Assembly: GCF_004010195.1 (NCBI RefSeq)
Contig: NC_057718.1
Coordinates: 95,769,147-95,833,146, forward strand
Length of the DNA: 64,000 nt
DNA from: Chiloscyllium plagiosum
Taxonomy: Eukaryota
Direction of reading: 5' to 3'
The notes beneath the pieces are model-generated. The model was not told the origin of the DNA. It saw nothing but the letters and a program-made list of their open reading frames with translations, and made no database searches. Made by a program: the position numbers and the translations under genes. Of the stretch, positions 35,291-48,758 are shown piece by piece (the stretch's first letter is position 1; each line of letters starts with the position of its first letter).

Positions 35291-38200
35291 CGTCCATCCC
35301 AAAGGAGCTGTAGCTCGAAGGGACTTGAACGTCAATCCTTTCTTTGCCTGCACCTTGAAGGATAAGGAACCACCATGGTGTTCCTCTTTGTTCCGTAACT
35401 GTTGCCATATTGTTGATTTTGATTACGTTTGGGGGCAATATCAGACACTCAGCATTGGCCCCCAGCAGGCGACACTCCTGGTCTACTCTACATGAGCTGC
35501 TTGTGGCCAGCACTGGGAGAGGAAACTGGTGCCATGATCTCAGTGCTACTTGTTCACCTGTTTTCCACAATGTCCAATGTATTTTGCAGGAAGGGCTTTT
35601 CGAGTTGCTTTAACTTCTGACGCACTTATCCTTTGATGGAAAACAAAATTGGAATTTGAACTTTTCCACCAGCACGTCTCCAAACATGAGTCTTTTAACT
35701 TGGGTTTGATTCCCAGTTGCAAAATTCATTCCTCTTTGCCCTGTTCCTTGACATATTTTTGCTTTACTGACTTCTTGACAGGTTTCCTGATGAACTTTTT
35801 GGCAACCACGGCCGCACTCTTTTACTCTGCCACAGTTGCTGTCATTTGGGTGCATGTATCATTGTAATTGGTTGACTTGTGAGCTGATTTGTGAGATGGA
35901 ACTGAACCACAGGTTTCAATAGCAGGCTTATTGCGCACATGTCAGCCCACATTGTGATTTGCCAGCTGTTTGTAACGCTGATGTCTTATCCCAAGCATCG
36001 CAGACGGCACCGTGGTTGGCATGGAAACAGATGCTGTTATGACATGATGTTTGGTTTTTAACCCAGGAACGTCTACTTCCCCACTATTTGCTGTATGCAT
36101 CTTTCAAGCTGATATTTTAATGCTGAACGATGACTTCTTGTATGCATGTTATTCCCAGTAGGGACGCTTTTAAATAAGTGAAGAACATTTTTTTAACCTT
36201 AAGAAGTGTAGACTTAAGTCATTTTTGTGCTATTGCAAAGGTAGCCAAAAAGGCGCACTGAAATTATTGAATTCTGACTTTCAGGTCTGCATGTTCAAAC
36301 ATTTACTGCAGGGGGTGCTCAATGATACAATAATTCACTGGGCCCTGTCCACTTTTGTCAGGTTGCTATCTTTGGCTGTTATTTGATGCATGGAACTGAG
36401 ATTCAATACAGCCACGGAGATGAAGGTCTGTTTGCAAGTAAATGTTGATTTCATGGCAATTTCAAGACTATTTCACACTCTAAGTGATGAAATGGGAGGA
36501 AAATATCACACTCGAGGAACAGAGCCAAGGCCACACATTGGTCCCTCCAGGGAATGAGCATAATGACTAAATCTTCTGAATGCGTCAAGGCAGTCAATGC
36601 ATCTGGAGACTCAGCCTTAGCAGGCTTGTCTTGCTGGAGCTGTGCTTAATAACAGCAGCTGATTTTGACAGATCCTCAGCAATTCCCTCTCCAGCCACCT
36701 GTGCCTGTTAAGCTTATGGGCACTGCTCACGTCTGAGCAACCGAGTCCTTCTGTGACAGTATGCATAATCTTCTGGCACTCAGTGTCAGTGTGAATAATG
36801 GTCAGTTGGGTGAGGTACGTGAAGGCTGCCAGAAGCCGGGGAGCTATAGCTCAGCAAGGAATCGAGGCGTTCAGAAGGCGAGAGAGAGAGAGAGAAGAAA
36901 AATTGGCAGAGAAAACAAATCAGGTCTACCTCTCCTTGTCGTTTCTTCACTGTAATGCTGAGTTGCTCGACTGATGTTTTGCAGCTGGGTGAGAATCTCT
37001 GGCAATCTGTCTGGTTAATCATATAAGAATTTCAAATACCTGACAACATAATTGGTTCTGATCTGCCTGGCATTTGATGGCTTTGAGAGTTAGCTGTTAC
37101 TTCAAATGCACCTGTTCATTCTGTTGCATTGAGTAAGGCTGTCACATTATTGGGTCATGAAGCCACAGATGTTCAAACCTGATGGATCAATAAATGGTAA
37201 TCGATTGAATATACATTGCACCTAATAGGGAATCACCTTTGGAAGGGAGAGCTTATGAGTTTATCAGTTATGTTTTGCAAACTAAACTAGTGACTTTTCT
37301 GCATATTATGCACAAGCAGAATTCTTGTCCAAGCATCAGGTGGTTGCTACATACTATCAGAGGCCTACTTTAATGCAGAGTCATTGAAAATTAGCAGAGG
37401 ACAAAGTAATAAAATTAAAAAGGTTAATTGAAACATCGCTATTACTTAGTAGATACATCAGTTGCCTTCACAATTGATGTCTGTGCTAACGGTGTGTTTT
37501 GGTGAAACATGTACTGGCACCATAGTGACAAACTGCTCCTTTGGGTGCTACTGTCCTCATGAAGCATCCTTGCTTAGTTGATTGTTACTTGTGGAATAAA
37601 CATGTGAATCTAAACACAGTCAATGACTGAAAATTCGTGGAAATCCCAACTACAATGGAAAACTAATTTCCGCCAAAACTCTTTGGCCAAAGTTCACTAC
37701 ACTCCAAATGGAAGGGAACCTATATTATGCTCCCACTATGCCTGTAGCTCTCAGAAGTGTAGCAGAGGCTCTGGACTATTTCCCCATAATGGCAGAGAAA
37801 TAGCGACACAGTTTTAGGTGCAACCTACTGCATTTTGTCTATTATTGGAATTGGATTCACTCCTCATTAGTACTGAAATTCAAAGAGAATTACTGCCTAA
37901 TGCAGGAAGTGGAGCAATTTGAATGTATGCAAGTACTTTTAACAGCAACGGTGGTAGCCCATTGATACATTTACTAGCTTAGTACGTCAGATGCTTGGAC
38001 TACCACGCTGGAGCTGTAAGTGCAAATGCTAACTCATGTGCTTCAGGTGAGGAAATCTGCTGTGACTATTTGGTCTGGCCTACCTGTGACTCCAGGCCGA
38101 CAGCCACAGAACTCACACTAAGTGGGCCTTTGAAAGACTTTGGCAAACTACTCAGCTCTACCAAATCTACAGATAAAACCAACAAAAGTACTGTAGCTTT

Positions 38201-38679
38201 TCCTCAATTGGTACGTATCACAAAATCCATCTTTTGTCCGCATGGTATATATTGTGATCATGCTCATGGAATCATCTGGGATACCTCTGTTAGACTCACT
38301 GCCACTGACCCTTCTAATTAGTATCAGTGTAAATTATTGATACCTAATGGGAAAGGATGTCCACATGAAGTCTTTGGCAGAAGAAAGGTTCAACCTTGAT
38401 AAACACTAAGGTTATACTCAATAGTATTTAATAGCTAGTTAGATTAAATCTGAGATACAGATGGTCTCCTGTAAGATACAGGCTTGAACTTAAAGGTACA
38501 CATTACTATTAGAGATGTGGACTTGGCACTACAATGATAACTGGAACACTTTCAGGTTTGAATTGCCTTATAAAATATAAACCACATTCTTAAAGCAACT
38601 GGACCGGCCAATAAATGTTGACCTTTCCAGACATGATCACACCAGGAGCAAAAGAAAAACCGTCTTATTTTTAAATAAT

Positions 38680-39025
38680 ACCTTTAATACAATAAAATGT
38701 CCCAAGGTATTTCACAAAGGTATTATAAAGAAGAAAATGGCACCAAGCAGTTATTAGGTCAGATGACTAAAGACTTGGTCAAAGGGTTTTAAGAGTGTTC
38801 AAAGCAGCAATGCAAGGTGATGAGTTTAAGAAGGAATTCAAATGCTTAAGGCCTAAGGGCAACTGATGTCATCACCATTGATGGTGACGGCCAAAAAGGC
38901 CAGAATTAGGGAAGTGCAGGTATCTTGATTGTGGGGCAGGAGGAGCATTTAGGGATAGGGAATGGCAGAGCCAAGGTGGGATTTGGAAGCCAGAATGAGG
39001 GTTTGAAAATTGACTGTCTACCCCT
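38680..39025 (-). mobile_element. L2-like LINE 3' fragment
   Basis: gtcccaagg..ttcaca..ggtcagatgactaaagacttggtcaaag..ggttttaag, reverse complement of the 23265-type end. Confidence 0.5.
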
Positions 39026-39110
39026 TGCTGCTGTCAAGTGGCGTGCAAAACATTTCTTAAGGTTGAGTCTGCATGAAATACATTTGTCTGACCTTTCTAA
39101 CTGCAGCTAC

Positions 39111-39338
39111 GTGAGGAGAAAGAAAGGATATTGGAGACCAGAGTCTAAAAGTGTGGCGCTGGAAAAGCACAGCAGGTCGGGCAGCATCCGAGGAGCAGGA
39201 GAATCGATGTTTCGGGCATAAGATCTTCATCAGGAATGTCACCTTCCCAACGAAGGACTTATGCTTGAAATGTCGATTCTCCTGCTCCTCGGATGTTGCC
39301 CGACCTGCTGTGCTTTTCCAGCACCACACTTTTAGATT
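39111..39338. mobile_element. Family B PLE foldback
   Basis: Inverted arms; minus-strand ctgatgaagatcttatgcccgaaacatc; flanks ctgcagctac (39101-39110) / ctgcagcgac (39339-39348). Confidence 0.8.
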
Positions 39339-39644
39339 CTGCAGCGACAGACATGAGGTTGTTTTAAGAGAAGTTACTTGGGGAGTTTGAAGTCAACTGG
39401 TCTGTGCCATCTTCTACGCAACTGGCTTTCTCGTAGCTCAATGTGCATACAAATGGAACCTGCGTGTCCAAGCTGTGTGCATGTAAACCTATCCGTCAAC
39501 CGATGGAGATGCTGGGATCGGTTTGGAAGACTGATTTGAGTGTTCAGTCTGTGAAGTGAGAAACAGTGCAACATCCAAAATGCCCCATTCTCCCTTGGGA
39601 AGTTTGGCTAAAATTGGGGTTTTGTTTGAATCAGTAAAAATTGA

Positions 39645-40095
39645 TGTTGCCAGATGTTGGAGCTCCTGAATTAGAGGGCTAGGTTGAACAGCCTGAGGTT
39701 TTTTTTACCCCTGGAGTGTCAGAGACTGAAGGGTGATCTTATAGAGGGTTATAAAATCATGGGGTGCACAGATAGAATGAATTTTCAAGGTCTTTTCTCT
39801 AGGGTAGGGGAGTCCAAAATTAGAGCGCATAGGTTTAAGATGACGGCGAATGATTTAAAAGGGACCTAAGGGGCATTTTTTTTTCACACAGAGGGTGGTA
39901 GTGTATGGAGCGAACTCTCAAAAGAGGTGACGGAGGTGGGTACAATGAAATGGATGGGCACATGAATAGGAAGGGTTTAGAGGGACTTGGACCAAACGCT
40001 GGCCAGTTGGATTAGGTCAGATTGGAATGTTCGGCCTGCATGGACAAGTTGGATTGAAGGGTCTGTTCCCATGCTGTATGACTATATGATTCTAT
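39645..40095 (+). mobile_element. CR1 (HER1-like) 3' fragment
   Basis: RLKGDLIEGYKIM plus tail ctgtatgactatatgattcta. Confidence 0.85.
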
Positions 40096-40734
40096 AAGGA
40101 ATTCTTGCTAGCATATTGATAGCTCCAGTAGTAATCAACTGATACATTAATGCAATTCTGCTATTTCAGTCAAGGGTATAAACTGCAAAACTCCCTTTCC
40201 AAATATTGGAGAGAGCAGTAGGGTGAGTTCACTTGATCCCTTTTCTCACCCTGTTTGCATGAGAGCCACCAGTTAATTTCGGCATGGACTTCAAAGCGAT
40301 TTGAAGTTAATTGTGACTGTTTTAAGTTTGTTAGCAGAGAAGAATGTCAGAGTGCAGATTTAATGCAGTGCTGTAGTAGAGTGATACAGTTCTTGACCAC
40401 ATAATTGCCATAGCAACAGCTCACCCAAGAAGGCATGACAATCCTACGCAGGCTACTACTTCCAAATGTAGCACAGCTGAGCAATCCTTCCTTGTAATTA
40501 CTGTGCTCTCAGAGCAAACAAAACTGGCATTGTAGTGAGGAACGCATGATAAAGTGTATTTCTGTTGTGAGGACATGAATAACCAAACCACTGAAACGTT
40601 TGACTTGCATATGAGGTTGCATCGATATAATGGTGGGTCAGAACCTCAAACACCAACAGACATTTTTAACTCTTAGTTTCAAAACAGGATTTTTAAAAGA
40701 GGATAGCTACAATGACAAAATAACTGCGGGTGTG

Positions 40735-41535
40735 GAGTCATAGGGATGTACAGCAACAGAAATAGACCCTTCAGTCCAACCTGTCCATGCTGACCAGGTA
40801 TTCGAAATTAATCTACTCCTATTTGCCAGCATTTTGATCCATATCCCTCTCAACACTTCCTCTTCATATACCCATCCAGATGCCTTTAAATGTTGTAATT
40901 GTACCAGCCTCCACCACTTCCTCTGACAGCTTATTCCATACATGCACCACTCTCTGTGTGAAAAAGTTGCCGCTCAGATACCTTTTAAATCTTTAACCTC
41001 TCACCTAAACCCTATGCCATCTACTTTTGGACTCCCCTACACTGAGAAAAAGACCTTGTCTGTTCACCCTATCCATGCCCCTCATGATTTTATCAGGTCA
41101 CCCCTCGGCCTCCAACACTCCAGGGAAAATAGCCCCAGTCTATTCAGCCTCTCCCTATAGCTCACACTCTCCAACCCTGACAACATCCTTGTAACTCTTT
41201 TCTGAATCCTTTTACAAGTTTAACAACATCTTTCCCGTAGCAGGGAGACCATAACTGAACGCAGTATTCCAAAAGTGGCCTAACCGATGTCCTGTACAGC
41301 TACAACATGACCTCCGACCTCCTATACTCCATGCACTGACCAATAAAGGCAGGAGAACTAAGGATTTATTCATTACCCTGTCTACTTGTGACTCCACTTT
41401 CAAGGAACTATAAATCTGCAGCCCAAGGGCTTTTTGAATGACAACACTCCCTAAGACCCTACCATCAAGTGTAATAGTCTGCCCTGATTTGCCTTACTAA
41501 AATGCAACACCTCACATTTATCTAAACTAAATTCT
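40735..41535 (-). mobile_element. CR1 (HER1-like) 3' fragment
   Basis: gagtcatag tail; reverse-complement similarity to 1-608. Confidence 0.88.
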
Positions 41536-42526
41536 GCACAGGACTGAGGGAATGGACTATCTAAAAGTGTCAAAGAATTTTTAGATAGACTGGACTCTGA
41601 TCAATAGTGATAACAATGGTAACGAAGGGTGTACAATTCCTTCCGACAACACAAGCCACGCCATACAGTAACCATAGGTACATTTTACTTTATATCCTTT
41701 ATTTGAAAAATATGCAATGACAAGGGAAAAAAAGTGAGTTTCTGGAGTGTACAAATGGGACAGAACACTCTGGTGTGTCTGAACATTAACACGCTATGAA
41801 TGGCACAGTCAAAGAACTATATCCGCAATACCCTGTGTCTCGCACTCCAAGTGCTGAGATCCAGTTAACTAAAAGAATCAGGACGTCAGAACTTTAGTCA
41901 ATCTGCAAAGCCAGAAGTTGTAAAAGCAAAAGTTCAATGTTACCAGTATCCTCCACTGCAATGGCAGCAATGTTCAACAAGCAATGTTCAACAGTCTACT
42001 CATCATAAACAATTCAGAGACTGATCCATATATCATTTCTCTTCAAACATTTATCCTTTTTGACTCACCTTTTATTTCTAATCTGTGTCCATGTGTGTTG
42101 CATTTTTTAATAAACTCACTCTTTGTCAACCAAAGGAGGCCTGGTTAAATTGACTCCTTCTAAAATATTTGGATCTGGGTGAAAGGTTGAAAGGGATCCT
42201 TTTCAAACTAATATAGTTGCAACTCTCTGGGGGACAGGTTGAATAAAGAAATGACCCAGTTTATGCCTCCTCACTTGACAGCTAATAGCATTTTGGGTTA
42301 TACTGGTAGGGACTGTAATGAATTGGGAACCTCTTCAGGGGTTTGGTTATAACAGTGGTTTATCAACTAGCATGGCAAAATTGGGTCACTGTTCTGTTTG
42401 CAATATATACATTATATTAGCTTCAAAGTGAGAGTTTCATTGAAGTGTTCATCCAAAGTATTTCTTTCAAATGTCACAATGCATTTGCATTCCCTCAGAT
42501 ATCACACACTTGACTTCTTTTTTAGT

Positions 42527-43243
42527 GTCATAGAGTCATAGAGATGTACAGCATGGAAACAGACCCTTTGGTCCAACCCGTCCATGCCGACCAGATATCC
42601 CAACCCAATCTAGTCCCACCTGCCAGCACCCGGCCCATATCCCTCCAAATCCTTCCTATTCATATACCCATCCAAATGCCTCTTAAATGTTGCAATTGTA
42701 CCAGCCTCCACCACTTCTTCTGGNNNNNNNNNNNNNNNNNNNNNNNNNNNNNNNNNNNNNNNNNNNNNNNNNNNNNNNNNNNNNNNNNNNNNNNNNNNNN
42801 NNNNNNNNNNNNNNNNNNNNNNNNNNNNNNNNNNNNNNNNNNNNNNNNNNNNNNNNNNNNNNNNNNNNNNNNNNNNNNNNNNNNNNNNNNNNNNNNNNNN
42901 NNNNNNNNNNNNNNNNNNNNNNNNNNNNNNNNNNNNNNNNNNNNNNNNNNNNNNNNNNNNNNNNNNNNNNNNNNNNNNNNNNNNNNNNNNNNNNNNNNNN
43001 NNNNNNNNNNNNNNNNNNNNNNNNNNNNNNNNNNNNNNNNNNNNNNNNNNNNNNNNNNNNNNNNNNNNNNNNNNNNNNNGATAGGAAGGAGACCAGAATT
43101 GCATGCAATATTCGAACAGTGGCCTAACCAATGTTTCGTCCAGCTGCAACATGACCTTCCAACTCCTGTACTCAATACTCTGACCAATAAAAGAAAGCAT
43201 ACCAAATGCCTTCTTCACTATTCCATCTACCTGTGACTCCACT
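42527..43243 (-). mobile_element. CR1 (HER1-like) 3' fragment spanning gap 42724-43079
   Basis: LVRPLFEYCMQFWSPSY...PEEVVEAGTIATFKRHLDGYM. Confidence 0.9.
42724..43079. other. Assembly gap (N run)
   Basis: Run of n. Confidence 1.
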
Positions 43244-43249
43244 GCAACT

Positions 43250-43592
43250 TAGAGTCATAGACTCATAGAGACGTACAGCATGGAAACAGACCTTTCAGTC
43301 CAACCCGTCCATGCCGACCAGATATCCCAACCCAATCTAGTCCCACCTGCCAGCACCCAGCCCATATCCCTCCAAACCCTTCCTATTCATATACCCATCC
43401 AAATGCCTCTTAAATGTTGCAATTGTACCAGCCTCCACCACTCCCTCTGGCAGCTCATTCCATACACGTACCACCCTCTGCGTGAAAACGTTGTCCCTTA
43501 GGTCTCTTTTATATCTTTCCCCTCTCACCCTAAACCTATGCCCTCCAGTTCTGGACTCCCTGACCCCAGGGAAAAGACTTTGTCTATTTATG
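43250..43592 (-). mobile_element. CR1 (HER1-like) 3' end
   Basis: FTQRVVRVWNELPEGVVEAGTIATFKRHLD plus tail. Confidence 0.9.
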
Positions 43593-45034
43593 CTACTTCT
43601 TTGAGATACTTTGCTGGATTGAGGAACAAATTATAAAGTCAGGTTTTTTTTAAAATTTGGAATTTCGATTCCATACCTGCTGTGAATGGGATATGTATTA
43701 AAGCATGAGGTGTGTTGGGGAACTGGGTCAATCAGGCCATGAAGCCGTATCACGTCCACAGTAGATGCATAATGCAGCATGGTTCAGTTTGTATAACCTG
43801 AACTGAGTTGAACTCGCTTGTATAAAGAAGCTGCTTCTGTTCAACTGCAATGAGCCAAGCTGCATCCAAACTTTAAAAAGAAAAAAATCAATGTTAAATG
43901 TGGCATTGGTGCATACTGTTTCAAACCTAATTCCAGGAATATCTGTTGGCATTGATGAAATCCAAACCAAAAACTGGGCTGGAGTAAATTGTGGTCTGAA
44001 TCTCGATGGACAGCATGTGTTTTCTAGAAGTCTTAAAAGCTGGAAAATAAACAACAGCTGAAGAAGCTCTGTCCCAATATAGTGGCCTGGTTTAGTTCGA
44101 ATTAACGTTTCCAACAAATATTCCAGAAACTACATGTTTAGCCCTGCAGTCACATCAAGTCACTGGAATCTAGCACATAATTTTGTCAGTACTGCAGCGC
44201 TGGTATAAAATCATTACTAGAACATGTATAATTGTAACAGTCTGTGTGTGTTTCAATTTTAGCTTGGGAAGTGCAGAGAGGAGCCGCAGGAGATCTTTGA
44301 AAGAACAGAGGCAGGAATGGACTGAAGCAAGTGTATTTGGCTCTCTTTGTGACACTGCGTGATGCATTGATCTTGGCCAGATGTGCAGGTGCTGCAGGGG
44401 ATTGACAAATCTTGAAATCTTTGCATCCCACAGTTGTGGTTGTGCACCTGTGGTTATGTCTGGTTGAACCCGGATATTGCTAATGACATGTCAGCTCTTT
44501 AAAAGATCAACATATATTTGTATCTCTGACTGTGAAGTGTGATGAATGATTATTTTTTATTTTTAGGGAATGCCATCGAGATTCCAATCAACATCAGCTG
44601 AGGTGAGAAAGGCAAACTTTGTCAGATGCGTAATCTCTATTTGGTGATTCATGTGGTTGCAAAAAGCAGTGAATCTTGTGGTGGTCCAGGATTTGTAATA
44701 AAATTGCACTACTTTGAACTAATTGGAGTCAGTACAACTAACAGCTACAAGAGATCCTCTACGATAAGATTGAGCTCTGTTCTACTTTAATTCCTCCTTT
44801 GAAATAGAGTTTGGTCGCTTGATATTTTTAATAACAGCGAGTGAGCACATGGCTAAAATTACATCCAACATTGATTTTCAAGTTGATAAAAGTGCCTAAA
44901 AGATGAGGTATGGGAATTACAAGAAGTGACAGAGAAATAAAATATAATGTTGGGATATTTTGTTATTCTTAGTTGGACCTTTCTCCCACATAATTATGAT
45001 CACGAGATCAGTAATCCGGTGAAGGTATGTAATT

Positions 45035-46262
45035 CTTTGAAGTTTGCATCACATACAGACAGGGTGGTTAAAAAGGTATTTAGCACACTAAATACAAGTC
45101 ACATTGTATAAGACTCTGGTGCGGCCGCATCTGGAGTATTGTGTGCAGTTTTGGTCGCCATACTATAGGAAGGATGTGGAGGCACTGGAACGGGTGCAGA
45201 GGAGGTTTACCAGGATGTTGCCTGATATGGTAGGAAGATCGTATGAGGAAATGCTGAGGCAGTTGGGGCTGTTTTCATCGGAGAAAAGAAGGTTTAGGGG
45301 TGACTTGACAGAGGTGTACAAGATGATTAGGGGTTTAGATAGGGTTGACCATGAGAACCTTTTTCCACGTATGGAGTCAGCTATTACGAGGGGGCATAGC
45401 TTTAAATTAAGGGGTGGTAGGTATAGGACAGATGTTAGGGGTAGATTCTTTACTCAGCGAGTCGTGAGTTCATGGAATGCCCTGCCAGTAGCAGTGGTGG
45501 ACTCTCCCTCTTTATGGGCATTTAAACGGGCATTGGATAGGCATATGGAGGATAGTGGGCTAGTGAGGGTTAGGCGGGCTTGGATCGGCGCAACATCGAG
45601 GGCCAAAGGGCCTGTACTGCGCTGTATTCTTCTATGTTCTATGTTCATTGCTTAGTCTTTCGAGTATAGGAGTTGGCAAGTCATGTTGAGGTTGTACAGG
45701 ACATTAGTGAGGCCTCTTCTGGAATACTGTGTCCAGTTCTGATCATCCTGTTATAGGAAGGATACTATTAAGCTGGAGAGGGTTCAGAAGAGATTTACCA
45801 GGATGTTGCTGGATATGGAAGGTTTGAGTTGGAAAAAAAGGCTGGGTGGGCTGGGACTTTTTCACTGGAGCATAAGAGGTTAAAGGTGACCTTATAGAAG
45901 TTTATACAATAATGAGGGATATAGATAGAGTTAACGGTAGCTGTCATTTCCTTAAGATGGGGATTTCAAGACGAGGGTGGACACATTTTTAAGATGGGAG
46001 GAGGGAGAGTTTAAAAAAGACATGAGGGCAATGTTTTATACAGAGGGCAGTTAGCATGAAGAAAGAACTTCCTGAGAAAGTGATGGATATGAGTACAATT
46101 ACAAGATTTAAAAGACATTTGGGTATGTACATGAATAGGAAACGTTTGGACGAATATGAGCCAGGAGCAGGCAGGTGGGACTCGTTTAGTTTGTGATTGT
46201 GTTTGGCATGGACAAGTTGGACTGAAGGGTTTGTTTCCATGCTGTATGGTTGTATGACTCTC
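45035..46262 (+). mobile_element. Older CR1 3' fragment hosting a nested CR1
   Basis: agggtggttaaaaaggtatttagcacac resumes at ttcattgcttagtctttcgagtatagg (~45644); tail gttgtatgactct. Confidence 0.82.
45100..45643 (+). mobile_element. Young CR1 3' fragment, nested
   Basis: Open ORF 45104..45655 with [18 protein letters not shown]...FFTQRVVSSWNALP; tatgttc tail. Confidence 0.93.
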
Positions 46263-47411
46263 GGAGTTTGAATCCTACTGTGGTCATTCAAAAGTTTGAT
46301 TTCAGGTGGAAGATACCGTGAAATTGTTTAAACATCTGTTAACAGTAAAAATGACCTTGAGGCTGTTGCAAATAGTTCACGCATATCTTTTTACCAACTA
46401 TTCATACTGCACCAACGATACCATACCAGTCTAAAGGCAATATGATTGACTATTTGTTGCATTTTGAACTTGCCGAGCGAACTGTGTAGTTGGGCAGGTT
46501 AAGGGCCAAAGTGCACCATCACCTCACAAGGGAAACTTAAGGGAAGGACAATTAACCCTGGCCATGTCAACAATGCTGTCACATGCTGAGAATTCATCCA
46601 AAAACTTTGAAATAGGTTGCTAGATATCCAAATCAAAAAATAATTGCAAGATGATGCACCTTCTAGATGTTGGTACCCTGCAGAAGAAGGTTATTGGAAG
46701 AAGGGAAAATGAAAGAGGTGAGGCCTTTGTTATTTTGTGATTTTTGGACCCCTCGGTTTGCCTGAAATATGCTCCGTTATTGAATATTCTGCATCATCCA
46801 GATGCAAATACTGATTTAAAGGGCTGACAACACTCAGAGCACTCACACACCATGTTAATGCATGACTGACACCGATTATCTAAAGTGTGCTTGAGGCAAC
46901 ACATCTGTGTTTTTGGTTACACATGAGGTTGGTGATTACGCAAGGACTGGACTATTCAAAGCCGCTACGGGATTTGCACAACGTTCAGTTACTGCAAAGG
47001 TACAGGGTAGGTTTCCACATTATGGGCAACTGATTGGTGGAGTGGTCCAGTTATCCCTTAACTTCTGCCCCTGCTCAGTTATTCCTGTTATAACAGCTGA
47101 CTGCTCAATACAGAGAATTCAACTAAACAGTTTACTTGGCCATTTTCAGGGGGCAATTAGGTTCAAACACATTTGTGTTGGGCTGTATTCACATATCACC
47201 AGGTAAGGACAGCAGTATCAATTGAATTTTTATACCAATTGAATTTTTATAATGATTTCACAACTTCAGAGACACTTATACCATCAAAAGTATTTTTTTT
47301 TTTATTTCCAGAACTGTTTTTGGACTGGTTTCAAATTTTAAAACCTGCCTAAGAGCATATGAACTCATGTTCTGTGGATTACTGAACATAGCCACAACAT
47401 TCAGTTGTATG

Positions 47412-48749
47412 TGTTATGATCCCAGCTGCTGTTATCTCTGGACAAGTCAGAGCTCATCATGAAATCTGGCTTGATAGATCATAGTTTCAATACAATGTGG
47501 CAGATTTGGTTTTAACAATAAAACAAAAGAAATGTAGATAAAATATGAAAAAAAAGCCCAAGCTATTTACACATGACACAATTTTAAAGATTTATGTACA
47601 ATCAGTAAAATACAATCCATTATTCCCAAAAACACTCCTCTACAGCACTCTCACCAGAAAGCATTTTCTTCACTCGCACATCTCTGCAGCTTGATTGATT
47701 TGTGGCTTCCAAAATCCATTTTGAAAATCTGGCAGAATCTTCTTTGAGTTTCCCAACAACTAAGCATACACCTTCTCAGCATCAAAAAGCTCCTTTAGAA
47801 CTTTAGACAAGCACTTCTGGTCTGGAACTTTCAAACCAAACTACTTATACTGAGATAACCTATTTCTCAATAGTTCTAAACTACATCTTTTTGTCAGGAG
47901 TAAGTGTGTTACTCCATCCAGCTTCAGCCAAGATGTCTGCAAAATTGAAACCCAAAAGCATTTTTCCAAGTTACAGGTGTTTTCTCCTATTCAAAGGTGG
48001 ACGGGGAGAGAATCAATCAATGGGGCAGCATGGTGGGTCAGTGGTTAGCACTGCAGAGGTAAAAACAATGACTGCAGATGCTGGAAACCAGATTCTGGAT
48101 CAGTGGTGCTGGAAGAGCACAGCAGTTCAGACAGCATCCAACGAGCAGCGAAATCGATGTTTCGGGCAAAAGCCCTTCATCAGAAATAAAGGCAGTGAGC
48201 TTGAAGCGTGGAGAGATAAGCTAGGCAGCCTCAATAGCATTAGGAACCCGAGTTCGATTCCAGCCTCAGGCAACTGTCTGTGTGGAGTTTGCATATTCGC
48301 CCTGTGTCTGTGTGGGTTTCCTCCCACAGTCCAAAGATGTGCAGGTTAGGGTGGATTGACCATGTTAAATTGCCTATAGTGTTCAGAGATATGTTGGTTG
48401 GGTACATTAGTCAGAGGTGAATGTAGAATAATGGGTTTGGTTGGGATACTCTTTGGAGGGTAGGTTTGGGCTGAAGGGCCTGTTTCCACACTGTAGGGAT
48501 TATAATTTTTTAAAGCTGAATGCACAACTGTTTACGTTCTTCGTTTATAAAAAACTCTCCCAATGAAACGAAAACCCTGTCGCACACCAGGAACTCGTTC
48601 AAACTGTTTTTAAAAGAAGGCATGTGGGTATTAAAATGCAACAAGTTAATCATTAAACCCCTTCAGAAACAGAAATCAAAACCCTCATGCCACTTGCTCA
48701 AATCCAAGATCTAAAATAAATTGTATTAAAATATATACAAAGCATCACA
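47412..48749. mobile_element. Possible old solo LTR interrupted by a SINE
   Basis: Begins tgttatga, ends gcatcaca; flanking gtatg-like sequence is offset by 1 nt. Confidence 0.35.
48022..48503 (+). mobile_element. HE1-like SINE with PLE pLTR inserted in the tRNA head (48057-48224)
   Basis: ttagcactgcag|insert|gcagcctc; insert has minus-strand ctgatgaagggcttttgcccgaaacatc at 48156-48183. Confidence 0.85.
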
Positions 48750-48758
48750 GGTATGGTA

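Noticed and set aside
41800..42355. LTR-like segment ending ttataaca
   Set aside because: No matching 5' terminus or TSD could be defined.
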